DNA of 64,000 bases, taken from assembly GCF_021869535.1 (NCBI RefSeq), contig NW_026262593.1, positions 54,622,001-54,686,000 of the forward strand. Reading direction: 5' to 3'. A program made the translations under genes and the position numbers. This DNA is from Mytilus californianus (taxonomy: Eukaryota). Each line of letters starts with the position of its first letter. Position 1 is the first letter of the stretch. The notes beneath the pieces were generated by a model. The model was not told the DNA's origin. It did not search any database and saw nothing but the letters and a program-made list of their open reading frames with translations. This document shows, piece by piece, positions 61,921 to 64,000 of the stretch.

Positions 61921-62990
61921 AATCTAACGATCTTTTAGAGTATTTACAATCTAAGACTATTTCATCTTGCAGTAGTATTAAAACATTTGACTTTTCTACA
62001 CTTATCACAAGTATTCCCCATTCCAAACTAAAAGACAAGCTGTGTTTCATAAGAAAGAATGGACAACATAGATACATGTATCTTTTCTTCGGGAGGGATA
62101 AATCCTACTTTGTAAAAAATCACTCTAGTTCAAACAAGATGTTTTATTTCTTGATTGACAACATATTTGTTACGTTTGGAGGACGTATTTCTCAACAAAC
62201 AATCAGCATTCTTATGGGAACCAACTGTGTCCCTCATCTTGCCGACTTGTTCCTTTATTCATGTGAGGCTGACTTCATACAGGAACTACTTAGAAAAAAA
62301 GAGAAAAAGTTGGTGACTACGTTGAACGGATATATCTTATCGAACTTGAGATAAGGATACAACAGATACAGTTAAGTCTGCCTCATATCTTGAATTTCAT
62401 CTAGAAATTGGCAATATGGGTCGGTTGAAAATAAAACTTTACGAAAAAAAGAGATTATTTCAGCTTCCAAATTGTGAACTTTCCATTGTTTATGTAGCAA
62501 CATGCAAGCAGCGCCTGCATACGGAGTATATATCTCCCATTTAATACGATATTCGAGGGCTTGTTTTCCCATCATGATTTCCTTGATTAACGGTTGCTGC
62601 TAACAAGAAAGCTATTAAACCAAGAGTTCAAAGTGGTGAAGTTGAAATCATCCTTTCGTAAATTTTACTGACGCCATCACGAGCTGGTTGACCGTTCTGG
62701 AATATCCGTTTCATGATAAGAGTATATGTTCCAAATGTCGTATGACTACAACCCCGTCCCCTTTTCCCGAATGTGACTCCTACCGAATTACACTTATAAT
62801 CGGGTTTGTACTCACATGGGCAACATGACGGGTGCCACATGTGGAGCAGGATCAACTAACCCTTCCGGAGCACCTGAGACCACCTTGAATTTTGGTGGGG
62901 TTCGTATTGCTCAATCTTTAATTTTGTGTGGTGTTTTGTGTACTATTGTTTGTCTGTTGGTCTTTTTCTTTTTTAGCCTTCATATAAATA
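61921..62990 (+). mobile_element. Penelope-like retroelement, degraded RT and 3' end
   Basis: IKTFDFSTL..SIPHSKLKDKL, FLIDNIFVTFGGR..QQTI.I.MGTNC.P.LADLFLYS.EADFIQ and KSSFRKFY.RHHELVD motifs, with frameshifts and deletions. Confidence 0.8.
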
Positions 62991-64000
62991 TCTTAAATAC
63001 TCTTCCCAGCTATCATTTCATACAATAAGATCATCAATCCTTTTGCTATGTTTTATTACACATTATTTCCGGCAACTGGTTGTATTTTATGTTGCAGCTT
63101 ATTCATATTAATCTTGTTTTGGGCAAGCTAACTTTCTTTCATTACATTCCGGGTCCGCATTTTCATTTTTAAACCATCTCCAAAGAAAATCAGATGGTTT
63201 CCCTTTATTTGTTACAATTATAACTCAACAGAAAAACGACAAATATTGCAATTTTTTCATTTTCATTTGTAATAATTATGATTTTATAGATAAACATGGG
63301 ACAATAGTCACCTAATCTCCTTCAGATTCGAATTCATACATCTTCCTATCAAGAAATATGTCCTATTCCGTGTTTGTATTACTGTATGATATAGCATAAA
63401 CTTTACCTAAAATTCCTTTGTTTTGCTATAATACTGTAGTTCTTCTTGAAACTTGTTTATTGGCCACAAAGCAACACACTTAGGGATACAATACGGTTGT
63501 AACCTTGGCAAGCATCATTGAATGATTTGTTATTTGAAACTTAACTTAGGGGTTGTAAAGAGGAGGAGATTATATGTGTGAGTGGTGAACGAACTATAAT
63601 ATTCCGCGTTCAGAATGATTGAAAAGTAAACTTGTTCGTGTGACAAGGTTTATTTTATTTGACCACTTGGTGGAACATTAATGAGTAGATGTTATCTGAT
63701 TTTCTGCACGCACATGACCGTGGTAAGACAGACCTTTTCTCTCCATACCTTCTTCACAAGTATGCAAAGAAAAGTAATAAAATCACCAACAAAAAGAACC
63801 CCCCTCCCTCCAACCACAACACAAATAGTACCCCAAAAAAAGAACAAAACACACAAAAAAAAAAAAAAAAGCGAAAGAAAAAAGAGAAAACCAAACAAAG
63901 CAAATTGGAACAAATCTAACAAGAACACTTAAATATTTCCATAAAAACGCACACTAATATCTAGTAATTGACTGATGAACACTTGCTTTCCCTTTGATAT

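Noticed and set aside
63681-63932. Three overlapping Lys-rich or Phe-rich ORFs
   Set aside because: Low-complexity A-rich tract with no coding signature.

Overview
AT-rich, intron-containing eukaryotic DNA, most likely a mytilid mussel; this is inferred from the repeat landscape and gene content. Genes assembled by eye from splice sites and reading frame: (1) the first coding exon of prohibitin-2 on the minus strand (6735-6864; the rest lies left of the window), head-to-head with (2) a six-exon MRPL47 (7667-14612, +); (3) a GPI-anchor-type alkaline phosphatase with nine firm coding exons (26426-37035, +) and an unresolved signal-peptide exon; (4) an unrecognised three-exon ~307-aa gene with a C-terminal Cys cluster (40432-43429, -); (5) a disabled B-box/coiled-coil/beta-propeller TRIM-like pseudogene (58119-59881, -). 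The rest is dense with MITEs, SINEs, Helentron/HINE-like elements carrying internal tandem arrays, satellites and a Penelope-like RT fragment. Most notable observations: minimal type I hammerhead ribozyme motifs in two retrozyme-like repeat families (best copy 61494-61535, -); three MITE families sharing 5'-GAG termini and 6-bp target duplications; a six-fold tandem duplication of an alkaline phosphatase splice donor; and TA-to-TACATGTA micro-insertions resembling Tc1-type excision footprints. All coordinates were hand-counted, and repeat boundaries are approximate.
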